Source: Cenococcum geophilum (Eukaryota). From it: DNA of 64,000 bases. The position numbers and the translations under genes were made by a program. This document shows positions 24,555 to 38,096 of this stretch, in pieces. Each line of letters opens with the position of its first letter. Position 1 is the first letter of the stretch. The notes beneath the pieces are model-generated. The model saw only the letters and a list, made by a program, of their open reading frames with translations. It was not told the origin of the DNA and searched no databases. The stretch is from contig CP158635.1 in NCBI GenBank assembly GCA_050273025.1, positions 26,784,001-26,848,000 on the forward strand, in the 5' to 3' direction.

Positions 24555-25215
24555 CAGTGTGGCCAAAAATAACGCGTTTTAAAACGATTACGATATTGTA
24601 AAATACGATAAAATATCCGATAAAATCCAATATCGATTTTTTTCGGTATATAGGTATTTAACTATTCCTAGCCCCTTTTAGAAAGAACTTCTAAGAATAT
24701 TACTCCTAATCCAATCCTCTACACGAAGCTCTGCACGAAGCTCTACACGAAGCTCTGCGCGAAGCTCTGCACGAGGCTCTGCACGAAGCTCTTCACGAAG
24801 CTCTGCACGAAGCTCTACGCAGAGCTCTGCGCGAAACTTTATAGGAGAGTCTCGCAGGGCCAATTAATTTTTGGTGTTTTATAGATATACGCACGTATAA
24901 TGCACGTATATTTTATAACTAATAAGAACGTAAAGGTTGCGCGCACGATAGACTAACTGAACTAATAGCAGCCATATAATATCTACTTCCTGTTTTAATA
25001 TCCTACTAGGGGGTAGAGGGTTAGAAGAGAAGACTTAAGATTAGTCTCTAAAGCTATAGTTACTAGAAGAATCTATTATATAGTAGAGATTTTAAGTTAA
25101 AGTGTGCGATCTAATATATATTACGATAAGCGAATTGAAATAAATTGATATCGGATAATCCGGTATCCGATATCGATTTGTTTTAATTCGCTTATCGTAA
25201 TTTTTGGCCACACTG
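24555..25215. mobile_element. 661-bp non-autonomous hAT-type element
   Basis: TIR CAGTGTGGCCAAAAAT. Perfect 8-bp TSD CTCCGAAG at 24547-24554 and 25216-25223. CGATA subterminal motifs and an internal 12-bp tandem array. Confidence 0.92.
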
Positions 25216-25363
25216 CTCCGAAGACAGGGCTGCCGGGACCTTGGTGTTTGTTGTCGGGATCTCGTCCAGATCTCTTGGCGGGTGATCGTTCTCCACAAAA
25301 CATCCCAGTCGCAACCCTCCGCCACCCTTTTAACTTTTCAGCAGTTTCCTCAATATCCTCAAA

Positions 25364-26247
25364 ATGTCAATTCCTATGACCCAATTGGGCGGTCGCGGTG
25401 CTACCTCCTTTCCAAACATGACCATTGTCACCCTCAAACCCTCCGTTTCATCTCTGCTAACACCTTCCAGCCCTCAACCACAGCTCGGCCGGCACTGAGG
25501 CTGAATACGACCGCCTGCGCGACCTTGCACGCCAGGAGGCTGCCAAGCGAAGCTCGTGTTTCGACCGTGCACACCAAGCCTACGAGTCCGGCAATGGTGC
25601 TCTCGCTCATGAACTCTCGGAAGAAGGAAAGCGCCATGCCGCGCAAATGGACAAGTACAACAAGCAGGCTTCAGACTACATTTTTAGGGAGAACAATGCA
25701 GAGGGCAGAGTGGACTCAGATACTATTGATCTGCACGGCCAGTTTGTTGAAGAAGCCGAGGAGATTCTGGAGCAGCGGATTCGGTATGCGCAGCAGACTA
25801 GGCAAACGCATCTCCACGTGTAAGGCTCTTTGGCTCTTTGGCTCTCTTTGCGCAAGTCCGAGGAGGCGCTGACAGGAGGTACCATGAAGCATTGTGGGCA
25901 AGGGAAACCATAGCCGGAACCATGTCCAGAGGATGAAGCCACGCATTGAGCAAGTGTGCCAGGAGCTAGGCTTGCAGTACTCAACGGAGGAAAACGAAGG
26001 TCGCATGTATATCAACCTTACTGGGGCTCCAGCACAGATGCCACCTGCGCCACATCATGGTGGGGGTGGCTATCAGCAAGGTGGGCAGCAGCAGCACCAT
26101 GGAGGCCAGCAGCACCACGGACAGCAACAGCACCATGGCGGGCAGCAGCAGCAACAGCAGGGCCAGAATGACGAGGTTGAGGAGGTGGCTAAGAAGTTGT
26201 TGCCAAGAGTATTCAAGGCCCTTAGAGGGTGCTGTATTGTGATGTGA
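25364..26247 (+). CDS. DUF1771 + Smr-domain protein with Q/H/G-rich linker and C-terminal CCIVM, 3 exons
   Basis: EYDRLRDLARQEA...AHQAYESGNGALAHELSEEGK...IFRENN...IDLHGQFVEEA...LHV|IVGKGNHS...NEGR; GT-AG introns. Confidence 0.88.
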
Positions 26248-26546
26248 TAGTAGTAGAGGGACTATTTAAAGATACCCTACGGCAATGCTGACGCAGGAAA
26301 TGGCAATTTCAAACTAGAAATGGGGGTTAGGGGCTGGGGTTTTGTTATAATATATCGTGGATCTTATCGCATGATTGGGTATAAGAGCTTAATATGATTG
26401 GGATAGAGTGTACACGAGGACGCTGTATATATCTGTCAAAGTTATCCATCCAAGAACATTTTTTGATCATCGTGTGACTCTTTGGTCGATTAACTCCCTT
26501 ACAACCATGCATTCATCGCATTTGGATCTTTCTCCGCCACTCTTCC

Positions 26547-28024
26547 TCAATTTGTCCCAAATAGTTCCTTCTGGGTATCATAGGCATAAGACAAATCAAG
26601 GTGCCAGTAATTCGGTGCCGTCACCTTTGTTAACAACCACGCCTGCTCCAAAACATCCACAACATCCTGTGGCAGTGGCCCCCTCTCACAAAATTCCAGA
26701 TTCATCTCTAATTGCTCGAACCTACTAACACCCATAATAATCCCATCATTGCCCCCTTTCTCCTGCATCTTTAGAGCAGAATGGTGCACCAGCCACCGGA
26801 ATGCGACCTCTAGCATGCTTAGACCATGTTTCTCCACAACAGGCTCGATGAGTGCCAAGGCATCGAATGTCGCATCTTTGAAATACCGGAAACGGTACAT
26901 GCCACCCATGCGGGAGTCTTTGTCACTGTAACGGCCAGAGGCCGGGACCTCTTTCGATTTGATCTTGCCGGAGAAAAGACCTCCTGCTATTGGATTGTAG
27001 ATGACGAGGTCAAGGCCGTAGCGTCGGCAAGCAGGGATGAGCTCCATTTCAATAGATCGGGCTAGAAGATGACTAGTTAGTAGGGCGTTGGGAGGAATGT
27101 AGTATGTTCAGATTGCTCGGATGTGAAGGGTTGCGATAATTGGTGGGTATGCAATCAAAAGAAGATTATCATATGATGATAACATGAAACAAAGATCGTC
27201 TCAAAAGGAATATAAAAATGCTGAGCAGGGAGAATGATTGAAACACTGTGTAGGGACATACTTATGGCATTGTAAATTGCTTGGTATATCGTAGGCCTAA
27301 CCCATCCTCGCTCTTTGCACGTAATGACCAATTCAGCAACTTCATAAGCGGAGAAATTACTGAGGCCAAGCTGTTTAAATTTACCCTCCTTGTAGAGTTC
27401 ATTGACAGCCTCTAGGGTTTCCGTGAACTACAAAAATCAGCTCTGCCCGTTAAATTGTATTTTGATTTGCCTCAGCTTTAATGCCCGCAGAGCGGTATTA
27501 GCAGGATATCTTGCAGACGAAATCAGTTGGTGAAGTTTATGGAGCTGCGAAGCTGTTTTATGTTCCGCAGCCAATCAACATCTCGTTCAATAACTTACCG
27601 GAACAGCTCTATCTGCCGCATGCAAGTAGAAAATATCAACACAGTTTGTGCCAAGCTCTGTTAAGCTTTTGTTAAGGTTTTCCTTGACGGTGGCAGCATT
27701 ATGGTCACCAGGCTTCAGTGGATACCATTTAGTCGCAATTGTAAGGCCTCGCCCTTTCCAGCCTGCAGCCTTGGTAAAAGCTTCCTGCTGGCCTCCAACG
27801 TAGATGCGGGCTGTATCAATCTCATTGTAGCCTTGAGCTTGAAAATAGTGGAGGCATTTTTTGAATTCATCTAGATCCGTCACACGGGCTCCGTTGGATT
27901 CGTCAGGCCTTGAAAAAGATCAACATGACTGCGTTGCCTGCCTTAATATTGTTATCGTGGCTTACCCAAAGGTCATCAGACCAAGAATGATTCGTTGTTT
28001 CGGATTCTGGATGATACGAGACAT
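26547..28024 (-). CDS. Aldo-keto reductase, aflatoxin B1 aldehyde reductase (AKR7)-like, multi-exon
   Basis: RIILGLMTFG, EIDTARIY, IATKWYP, VDIFYLHAADR, GLSNFSAYEVAE, RPTIYQAIYNA and YNPIAGGLF. Confidence 0.92.
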
Positions 28025-28506
28025 AACGAGTTGACTTTGAGAACAAGGAAGAATAGGAATGTTGAGAAACACAGCGAAGAAACGCCAAAGAAAGTATTTA
28101 AATGGGTTATTGAGAGAAATCTGAAATACTGAGCCATTTATACCAACTTTGTATACCACGGAGATAATATATCTCCGCTGATTAAGGTAGCAACTGCATG
28201 GGTCGACGATTCTGATAGGTAATCATGCGAGCAATGTGAGCAATACGAACAATCCGGAAGGTTTCCTCATTCGTGAGACAGCCTCGTGCAGATATGGGTG
28301 AGTTTCCCCATAGGTGCAGGGAGGTGGACCCTGCAGGCTAGCTATTGCCAAGACTACATCGTCACTCCCGACACATTGGATCTCCGACTACGGGGCACGG
28401 GGGTTCTTGTTGCTCTGATGGCCACCACTCTACACTGTCACCGCCTTATCGCGCACTGCAGCCACACCACTACTGCCACTGTGCCTTGTCCTGCTGAGTC
28501 GCTTGC

Positions 28507-30293
28507 ATGCCTAAAGAACCAATACCTCTTAAGACAAAGGCAGCACTACAGTCCACTCTACAACCTCCAGACCGATTCCAAGACGATTCGGCGTCTTCAG
28601 AACCTCTAAGCTCCCCTGTCCATATATCTCAGTCGTCATCACGGCAACTTTCCGGAACATCGTCGCCGTTCTCAGAAGTTCCCCAATACGGCGAGTGGGG
28701 CCAAGAACAGCGTGTTCAAAGGGAGGAGGCATTTGACAGCGATTTTGGTTTCGAGGACTGGAACGACCAAGAAGTCGACGATCACGACATGCCTTCCGAT
28801 CTCCGACCTTCATATCATCGGCCTACAGATGGAAGGTCGCAGACACCACTTTTAGGATCCAAAGCTGATGCACCAGGGTACGACTCGCCAACTCGGCCAG
28901 CTCTTTTAACCCGTCGGTCGACTTTCCACGAACGAGACCCCATTACACAGGCAACATATGAGACGAGGAAGAGGTATACATATGCGGCTATATTTTTGGC
29001 ATTAAGTCTTGTCAGCTTCACGGTGCAAACTGAGACGGCCGTATACATCCAACACCAGTTGGAGTGGGAGAAACCGTATTGCATGCTGTGAGTATGCACA
29101 GTTCGAACTAGAATTCCCAATCATAAATATGATCACAAGCAGATGATCTTCTTATCAGGCCCATGAGTTCGCTGTAAAGCTGATATTCGTCTTCACATTA
29201 GATACCTAACGCACGGCTCCTGGACCCTTCTATGGCCCACGCAACTCTTAATATTGAGGATACAGAAATGGAACATGCCATGGCAGACGTTTTGGCGGAG
29301 ACATGTGCAAATTCTTCGAAGCACTGCTCTGATGGTTGAGCATGGCACTCTCCACCCATCAGTGCGGGCTTCACAAAGATCGCCGGTCCCGTACATGATC
29401 AAGATGACCGCCTTCGTTACTTGCGCTCTTACAATTGCCGGAGGAAGCTGGTACGTTGCTGTGAATATGACGACCGCAAGTGATTTGACAGCAATTTACA
29501 ATTGCTCTGCATTCTTCGCCTACGCTTTTAGCATACCGCTACTTCACGAGAAGGTTCGGGTATCCAAGATCATTGCTGTAGCTGTTGCGATCGCCGGCGT
29601 ATTCGTCGTCGCCTATGGCGATTCATCGCCAGCAAAGCATGGCAATAAATCTGGAGGCGGCGCAGGAGGAGGCAACGCCCCGCCTCCTGAAGAAGCAAAT
29701 AAAAGAGCCCTAGGAAACTTCATTATCGGCGTTGGAAGTGTTCTCTATGGTTTCTATGAAGTGTTATACAAGAAACTGGCTTGTCCTCCAGATGGCTGCA
29801 GCCCAGGTCGGGGCATGATCTTTGCCAATTGCTTTGGTAGCTTGATTGGATCATTCACTTTACTAGTTCTTTGGATCCCTCTCCCGATTTTGCATGTTTT
29901 GGGTTTGGAGAAGTTCGGACTGCCGACAGGAGAAGCGGCATGGATGATGGCCATTAGTGTTCTTGCTAATGCAAGTAAGTTAATACTGCTGTGTCTTGCC
30001 TAGACCCCGCAACTAACATATTCGTAGCTTTTTCCGGTTCCTTCCTCATCCTTATTTCTCTAACTTCTCCGGTCCTCTCCTCCGTCGCAGCTCTCTTAAC
30101 CATTTTTATTGTTGCTCTCGTCGACCAGCTTCTTCCTGAACCTCTTTATTCCCCGCTCACGCCGGCAGCTATTGTCGGCGGTTGTTTGATCATTGGTGCT
30201 TTCATACTGCTTAGCTGGGCAACCTACAAGGAGATGGACGAGGAAAAGCGAAAGAAATTAGAAGAGGTCAGCGAGAGTGACCTCGAAGACTAG
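28507..30293 (+). CDS. DMT/EamA-superfamily membrane transporter, 3 exons
   Basis: Hydrophilic N-terminus followed by about 10 hydrophobic helices (QTETAVYIQ, YLTHGSW, SDLTAIYNCSAFFAY, LTSPVLSSVAALLT); introns after 29087 and 29974. Confidence 0.85.
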
Positions 30294-31256
30294 ATTATTT
30301 CGTATGGTGCTATTCCGATTTTTGAACATTATCTATGGATGGCGTATGGATATTGGCATCTAGATTCTGGCATATGAACGGTTTTTGTGATATTGTCTTA
30401 TGGGTATGATATCTCAAACCCAAGCGCTCGACCTTTCTAGGGTGGCTGGCTATCTTTAGACAGGACCATAGCGTTTCGCATCTGTTGACGCGTGCGTTTT
30501 TCTGGACCTTCCGGACGTATAGATAGAATGGGCGGCGTCTAGCTCTTTTTTTGAACTTTTGGGTGGTTGCACATTCCAATAAGATCTTAATTTCAGTGCC
30601 TTATTACTAGATAGTAATAGAGAAAATCCTGCCAAAAGGTAAGACTAGCGCGTTTGCTCGGGATCAATAGATCCGATGTTGTCCCCGGACGACATCTCAG
30701 CATACAAAAGTCGGTACGCATTACCCTATCGAACACGTACCAGGAGATTGTCGATTGCGTACTTATAATTGTAGCCAGACTCCCGCGTCAACTACCTCCG
30801 AGATGACCCGCAATTGTTGCGAAAGCCGAACATTTTGTCAGCCGAATGAAGAAAAAAGCCAAACAAAAACCCTACAGTACCGCGATTCTAGTGCCGTTGA
30901 GGCTTTTCATCGCGTGAGCCAGGGCTAGCCGAGCCAGGATTCCGCGCGTCCGCCTCTAACGCTACGGGGAACGTTATGGCTCGGGAGGCGGAAGTCTTAG
31001 GTCTTTTCTATGTTTAGAGTGGCACGGATGGTACCGGGAAGTACACGTCTCTACTTCGGTCCGCTAATTTAGAGTTTAGTCTGACGGAGATGCATACAAG
31101 CAGGTTGTATCCGCGCGACGCGCTTTTTGCTTAATGCGAGCCACAATAATAAGTATTTGAATTAATTCTAAGATATAGGAGCTTTATGTTCTAGTGAATT
31201 GTAGAAACTGCAGCGTGGTAGAGCGCGTTTCTTTATTTCTCCTTCCGACTTACTAT

Positions 31257-31725
31257 CCCTTGGGCTGGTAGCGTCCTACAGTAATTGGACCGTGCGCAAA
31301 ACACCAAAACACTAGAACCAAATGTACGCGTATTACCTACATAGATTCAGATATTATACATACCTTCCAATTGTACTTCTAATGATATAGACTTTGTTCC
31401 ACCAACTCAATATTCAATTCCACCAACTCGAAAGGCCAAAGAACCCCCGCAGCCATGGCTGTTGCCCTCCTTCGAGCCTTTATATATCGCGAATTTTAAC
31501 AACCATGGCACCCTAAATCTTCCTCTAAACCTCGCTGTTTGCAAAATTCCGTTCTACAGAAACGATAAATATTAGTTACCTTATCTTAAGTGACTTAACT
31601 CCAAAAATTGGGTGCATATAGCAATTGTATATGGAAATCTGCAGATTCTACGACCTCATATTTTTCATCACGGAGCCTTGATCCTATTGATCCTATTGAT
31701 CCTATTGCCCAGTTCTTATCGATAA
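31257..31725 (+). mobile_element. Internally deleted piggyBac-like element, copy A (right TIR missing)
   Basis: Starts AT|CCCTTGGGCTGGTA and is a collinear inverted copy of 42660-43295. Remnant peptides TQYSIPPTRKAKEPPQPWLLPSFEPL...HGTLNLP and a Cys-rich tail AVCKIPF(C)RNDK(C)(W)LP(H). Confidence 0.7.
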
Positions 31726-31908
31726 TGTCACCTCACTATTTAATAAGAAACTGTAGCCCCTTAGCACGCTTTTACTTTTTAGTTATCTCCCTCGTTAAAG
31801 TTTACCGCTAGGGGTTAAAACCTAAGTCTTATATAATATAGCTTAAGAAGAGCAACGTTAGGGCCTATAATGGATTGAATAGATATATATAATACTACTG
31901 TAACGTGT

Positions 31909-32673
31909 TGTCACGATGACGAAGTATCACATGCGAACGCTAGATGAACAGGCATCAGATTCGAAGAATTGATAGCTACGTACGGCTGTCGTGGAGACTC
32001 AAGAGGATTGCTAGAGACCTCAATAGGAATGCAGCTGCGGCTACATCTATAGGGGCAATGGGGCGGATAAACTATCTGCCGAATAATGCAAATAAACAAA
32101 CAAACAAAAAAGGGAATCTGTAAGCTTTGCAGTGTGTGGGTATTGAACGAGCAACTTAATTGTAAATCTATGGAAATCGAGTGGACTATATACAAGAAAT
32201 AGGTGGCAAAAGGGTGTCGGTGATGCCGTCGGCGAAGCCGACGACGATGTACAATTGCAGCTGAAAACAAGGGTGGTGAGTCATAGGGTGGCGCAAGCTT
32301 TGGTACCGGTAGTCGGTTACAGAATCCTATGACGCCAGCTACGCGCACGGCGTAGCGCATGGAACGGGAGTCCCGTGACGGACGTGGGCCGGGGAGAGGT
32401 AGAGAAAGTATACCTACCGGCCACTCAGCGAGCGGATAAGTAACCTTACCGCATAGGGTAAATACATAAGCGCACGGCTGGCCTAATAGGCTAATAGTGC
32501 GCGCATTAGCGGCTCGATTAGCGGGGGGAGGTAAGATATTCGAAAATATCCACGGCTTGGCTGCAAGCTTGGCCGTGGACATTCGCGAATGTCGACGGGG
32601 GTTGTATGCGTCACGTGCGGCTCAGCGACTCAGCGGGCGCTTAGCCGAGCAATGAACACCACTGTATGTTACA
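31909..32673 (-). mobile_element. Possible long solo LTR
   Basis: Minus strand reads TGTAACA...GTGACA with an internal TATA-like box and CpG-rich composition. No TSD found. Confidence 0.35.
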
Positions 32674-34450
32674 TAGAGCGTGGCAGACGACGTTCGGGAA
32701 CCAGCTTTCTTAGAGACGCATGAAAACCCAATTCTGCTAGATCTTGCAAGTAGATTTCTCATTTCCTAATACCTTCACTAATCGAAGTTCCCGCAGCGTT
32801 TTTCCTAGGGCGCTGCGACCATTTCTGTTAAATTAAGGTAGCATTCATGGAAACATGTTAATATCAAGAGGAGTCTGCGACATCACCTTTTTTGTCATAC
32901 ATGTAGTCGCAGCCCAAGATTTCTATGCCGTCCTCCCTGCAGATTCAGCGTTAGTGCATTTTCTGTGGACCCTGAAGGGTGCTGCAGAGAATATCCTATG
33001 TTTGTTAGCCGGACCCATGCCGCGAAGGTCATTGCATAAATGAGGACTCTAGTTTCACCCTCGTGTACAGGGGTATTCAGAAATGGTGCCCTACCCAATA
33101 GGGGCCCTGTACAGTGCTCAAAGGCATCCGCTCTAGCTTGCTTGGCATATTTAGGAGTGCTATAATTGAATGGAGTACCGACCTAAAGATTTGCTTCTCA
33201 GTGACCGCCTAGTAAACGGACGAGCCGTGACATTCCGGAATGCGAGTCATGCATTACGATCTACTACAATTTAGCGCAGAGGGTCTTGAAACAGGCGCCA
33301 GCATACTGACTACACTGCGATCTGAAAGAAAGTGAGCCGTGTCCTGTGCATTTTACAAGGTTAAAGCAGCACCGAGTTGATGATAGTAATGCACTGCAAC
33401 TAAAAACGGTTCAGAGGCCTGGTGCATTTGCGAAGTCAGGTTTAGTGAAATAGTGAGTACTGTGATAATATCGTACGAATTGTAACGGGCCATCAACTAT
33501 GGTCACCCGGCCTACTCATAGCAGTCGCACGGCTCGTAAGGGTAAGATTGCAACTCACAGCAAGGTACTTGAAAGCGAACACCAAAGCTCAATTCCTAAT
33601 CAGCGCTTTTTGACCTATCCAGATCCAACCCAAATGGAAAGATTCATCCCATATTCCGTTCCCATTTCCAAAATTCCCGTTCTGTCTCGTAAATACATCT
33701 GACATAGCCATAAATCACATCGATCTCGTGAAAAGACCCAACCAAACCCATTTGTTCGCCAGCTACAGAAAAAAAAAAGTAAGCGATCAACGCAGAACGT
33801 ACCCAAAATCCTGCAATCCATAAGTATCGCCGGCATTTCTCCGCCGCACCGCGCAGGAAATGCATCGAGGATAATATTATAGGAAAACACCACATCCACG
33901 ATTAAAGCGAAGTGAGAAAAGCATAGCATAGCGTACTACAAAGCGCTCGCGTTCAATTCGTGATAAGCATTACCAGTAATATCAAAAGGCCTCCAGAGGC
34001 CGAAGGGGCAAGGACTGTAGACAAGATTCAAAGAATGTGGTTGCTTATTTGTGTTCAGGCGTATTTCGAAGTTTTCATCATGTTGGAAATATATTTACCG
34101 AGCCCGCATCCCGAAGGTTTTTTTTACTCATAACAAAGGGTTAGGTGGTAGGAGGGGTTTTTCAGAAACATGAAAATATACAAAACGAAATAGGACCTTG
34201 AGAAGGGAGGGCATTACTGAATTGGACCAAATTGCCCAGCAGAGCCTAGCGAGATGTAATATTGCCATATTTTCGTCCTGGCCAGGCGGGTAATCTTTCT
34301 CCTTTAGTGTTGTGAACGCGTAATCGCTAGCCGGACTTCACGTTACTCGTGAAGGTAGTCACTCATGAAGATAGTATATAACGTAGCCCGCAACAAGGAG
34401 AGTGTAAATGGTACATCGACATCGTGTAGATAGCATGAAGATAACGACTT

Positions 34451-37400
34451 TTACGACACCGCCGCAGAAGCTTCGGCGCGTTGGTTTATGTGCGCAGCGT
34501 GAGCCTCCAGGGCACGAGCCATGACATGGGTGACTATGGCGTAATTAGCATGGGCACAAGAATAAATAAATTTGGTGACTTACCAGGCCATACAGCGGCC
34601 TTCTCAAGCATGTATGCTATCACCATCAGAAGCTTGGTTCCATAGCCACAAGGGCTGAGGCTCGAAAGACCGCCCGGGATCGGCATTGCAGCTGAAGACC
34701 CCATGCTCGTGATGTCGAACGTCAGTTTTAGGTCTGCGTGGTTCAGGATGTCTGAGATCTTCTCCAGTAGTTTGATGTCTTCTTCTTCCAGAAGCATTAT
34801 AGCGGGAACAGCTGTATAATCAATCTCATCCTTACCAAGTACCCCAAGGTACCGGCCCACGCGATCCTGGACGGTGGCAACCCACTCTGCAAGGATCTGG
34901 GCGCAGTCGAAGGTGCACACTGCGGACGAATTTGGCAGCTCTCTTGCTGTAAATTCAGCATAAGTCGCTCCGAGCTTATCAGCCATGGATAATGAGTCTG
35001 CGGCGTAGAAAGCGGCCTTCCGGAGATATCGTTCTCGTTTCGAGGATTGGTTCGGCTGCAGGTTATTTACTGTCTGACCGGGGCTCGCTTCGCCCAGAGC
35101 GTCGATGTCCTGGGGAGAAGTGACCGCCCCAGGGGAACTGGTTGATGTGTTTGACGTCCTAGTTGAGTCTGTTGGGCCTGATGAACGATCTGGAGAGCCT
35201 TCTGCATGAATGACGACTTCGACCCCGTTGGCGAGTTCTCCAGCCATCCCATCAAAATCTCGCTGCCACAGGAGCTCTTTCGAACGTCCCAGGTTCACGA
35301 AGAGATGTACATATGCTAGATCCAGTAGAGGAATACTGTCTGTGGATAATGGTCCAAATGGGCTCGGTCGTTCGATGCTGTGATTTGGGCTGGCCCTCCA
35401 AGCAGCCTGCCAAGCCTTTAGTGCTGGTTCTATTTGAAAGTGCATCGCCCCTGTCTCTTGCGTCTTCCAGAGGCGTCTGGTATGCCTTTGCCTCGTCTCC
35501 CAGATGTATACGTGAAGGGCATTAATCAGCACATAGCACCCGAAAGTGCTGGGCTTGATATCACTCTCTACAGGTTCGTCGAGTGAGGTGTTAGACCCGA
35601 AAGGCCGTGAACAGGAGTTGTGTACCCGCTGGTCGGATTGCTGTCGCAAACTTGCCTCTAGCAAATAAGTCATGGCAGAGTTAAAGGACAATCCCTTTTG
35701 CTGAGCAACTGCAGGTCCACCCATGGCAACCCAGGCTTGAGCGCTATCTGTAGACCACAAGTCTTCTTCGCAAGGAAGGTCCAATCGAATTTCAGAGTTG
35801 AGAATCTCCGGCGCATGAGCGTAGGCAGAAACGAGCAAGCTAGACATCGCAAAGACCGCAAAATAAGTCCGTTTACGTTCCTCAGCTTTTTTCCACTGGA
35901 TCCATTGTGAGTGCTCATCAAGATGTTCCAAATGTGAACTCTTCTGGAAAAGGTCCGAAGGCAAACCATCGTCGCCCATTTCAACATCACCATCAAACTT
36001 GTTGAGCGTAGTTTGGGAGAAGGGATCCCTGCTGGCCAAGTCTGACTCCGGTTTATCCAACCCTGCAGCTTTTGCAAGACTGACAAGGGCTGTGCAATGA
36101 GTGCTCGTAACCTCAGCAGCCTGCTTATCCCCACAGTTATGCTCATAAACAAGATTGAGTATCATAGCTTGTACTAGCCACAAAGGAGGTTTGTTGATGG
36201 AATCGTGAGCGGCATTGGGCCCATTCACAGCAGCTGACAAACCCGCCCTACGGCGTTCATCAAGGTAGTAGAGGATCATCTTTTTAGCAGCTTCGAAAAG
36301 CTCTTTAGCGACGGCGTGTTCAAACTCGTAAAGTGCGCCTATCGCTGCCATTGCCAAAATTAGACACCCACCATCTCCAACAAGGCCTTCGTGGTTAAAA
36401 CTGCCTGCAGCCCGCATTTGGTAAGTATAAGCAGGCGTATCGAAAGAGAGCGTGGGAATGTGCAGGAAAGGAAGATGCGGATGGAAATATTGAATGTAAG
36501 CGTTCACATAACGCTGGAGCTCTATGGTGCTCGGAACTGAGGCAATTTGATTTTGAGGCTTTCCGGTGCTGGAGGCCGACAAAGGAGAGCTAACTTGAGG
36601 TTGCGAGTATTTCCGCTGATTGTGCCCGTAACCTAATGCTTGAGACAAATTCATGATCAAAGCCTGCCGAGTCGCGTCGGTTATCGAGTCTGTAGAGACA
36701 GAGGTGACTGAGCTATGACGTGCACTGCCATTTATTGACGAAGATGAGATACTGGTGGTGTCTGAATTGAAGGTCATCGGTGGCCGAAAGTATTGGTTAG
36801 GCATTCCAGGAATGCCCGCAGTCGGAGTCATGGCGGATACCGGTGGCGGAGATGATATGTAAAAATCATTGGAGCCATTCTGCTCATGGAGATCCTTTGG
36901 GGACACGGTGTTAAGCATCAGCTCTGGGAAGATAGGAGCCATCGTGTCTAAAGCATATGGAGCTTGGTTAATGCCGGCTTGCGTTACTAGTTGGTTATGC
37001 CACATGGCTGCGGAAGTCTGTTGCCCCGAACCATCTAACATTACTTCACTGAACCCACTTTGACTAGCTGTGCTGATTGCGGATGGTGAGGATCCATCAA
37101 CAGCGTTGTCATTACCACCGGTGAACACCATAGAATTATCCAGCCCAGCACCCCAGCCGAAGCTGTCGTCTTCCTCCATTGCCGTGGCCCCAGGAAGCTG
37201 ACCACCAAAAGGATGAAAAGGCGAAGCCGGAGCACCCAAGCCGAAGTGCAATTGGGCTGGATTGATGGTTGAGCTAGATGATCCAAAGTACTTATCAATA
37301 TCGAAGTTTTCGCCAAATCCTTGAATGGGAGCAGTGCGGAGACCTCCGCCTAGATTGAGCCCAAGATGCGTATCAAGTTTTGGTAAACCGTGTTGGTTCC

Positions 37401-38096
37401 CATGATTTCCTAAAGAGGTAGACATGCCCCTATAATCAAAACCACCAACCCCAGAAAGGCCTGAAAAGCTGGAATGGTGGCTATGCCCGGAATGCCCACC
37501 ACTTCTTCCCGCGGATGAATTGGCCGAAGCAAGCAAGTTATTGAACGCTGTACCATCGATGTGGCTGATTGTGTTTGCCCGTGGCCTCATCCCCGCGGTG
37601 CCAGAAACACCAGATGTACCCGTAATGCTGCTTGCTACGGAGTTCTTCCGGACCCTACCGGTGCCGCTTGGAGGCAAACCGGTCGTGCTTTCGCGTCGAC
37701 CACTTCTAGGCCGGGTAGATGCAGCACCTTGTTGATGAAGCTTCTGCTGGTGCCGGAGTAACAAGTCCCGCCTCGCAAAGCACCTCGTGCATTGCGGGCA
37801 CTCGAATGGCTTTTCTTTTGTATGAGACCTTTCATGGCGCTTCAAATGTTCCAGCCTCGCGAAGGATCGACTACACGTTCCGCATACATGTGGTCTTGGC
37901 TTATCAGTCTTGGGAGGTGGGAAACTGGCCATCGTGTTTTGTGGACCATCTGTCTTTGCGGGTTGTGCTGGCGCTGTGTCCGATGTGCTATGTCAGTAGA
38001 GTTCGGCAGGAAAATGCATATGCTGTTAAGCTCACCGCTGCCATTTCCTGCACCGCCAGCGCTATTGGTGCTCGCCGGAGTGGTTGACGGGCCCAT
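34451..38096 (-). CDS. amdX: AmdX/Adr1-like C2H2 transcription factor with fungal TF middle domain, 3 coding exons
   Basis: [54 protein letters not shown], plus FHPHLPFLH and EERKRT. First exon MGPSTT...GNGS| splices in frame; last exon [12 protein letters not shown]...AVS*. Confidence 0.9.

Noticed and set aside
31205..31256. tRNA A-box-like AGCGTGGTAGAGCGC
   Set aside because: No B box or cloverleaf follows.
31911..32582. 223-aa minus-strand ORF
   Set aside because: Lies in LTR-like CpG-rich sequence and the peptide lacks any domain signature.
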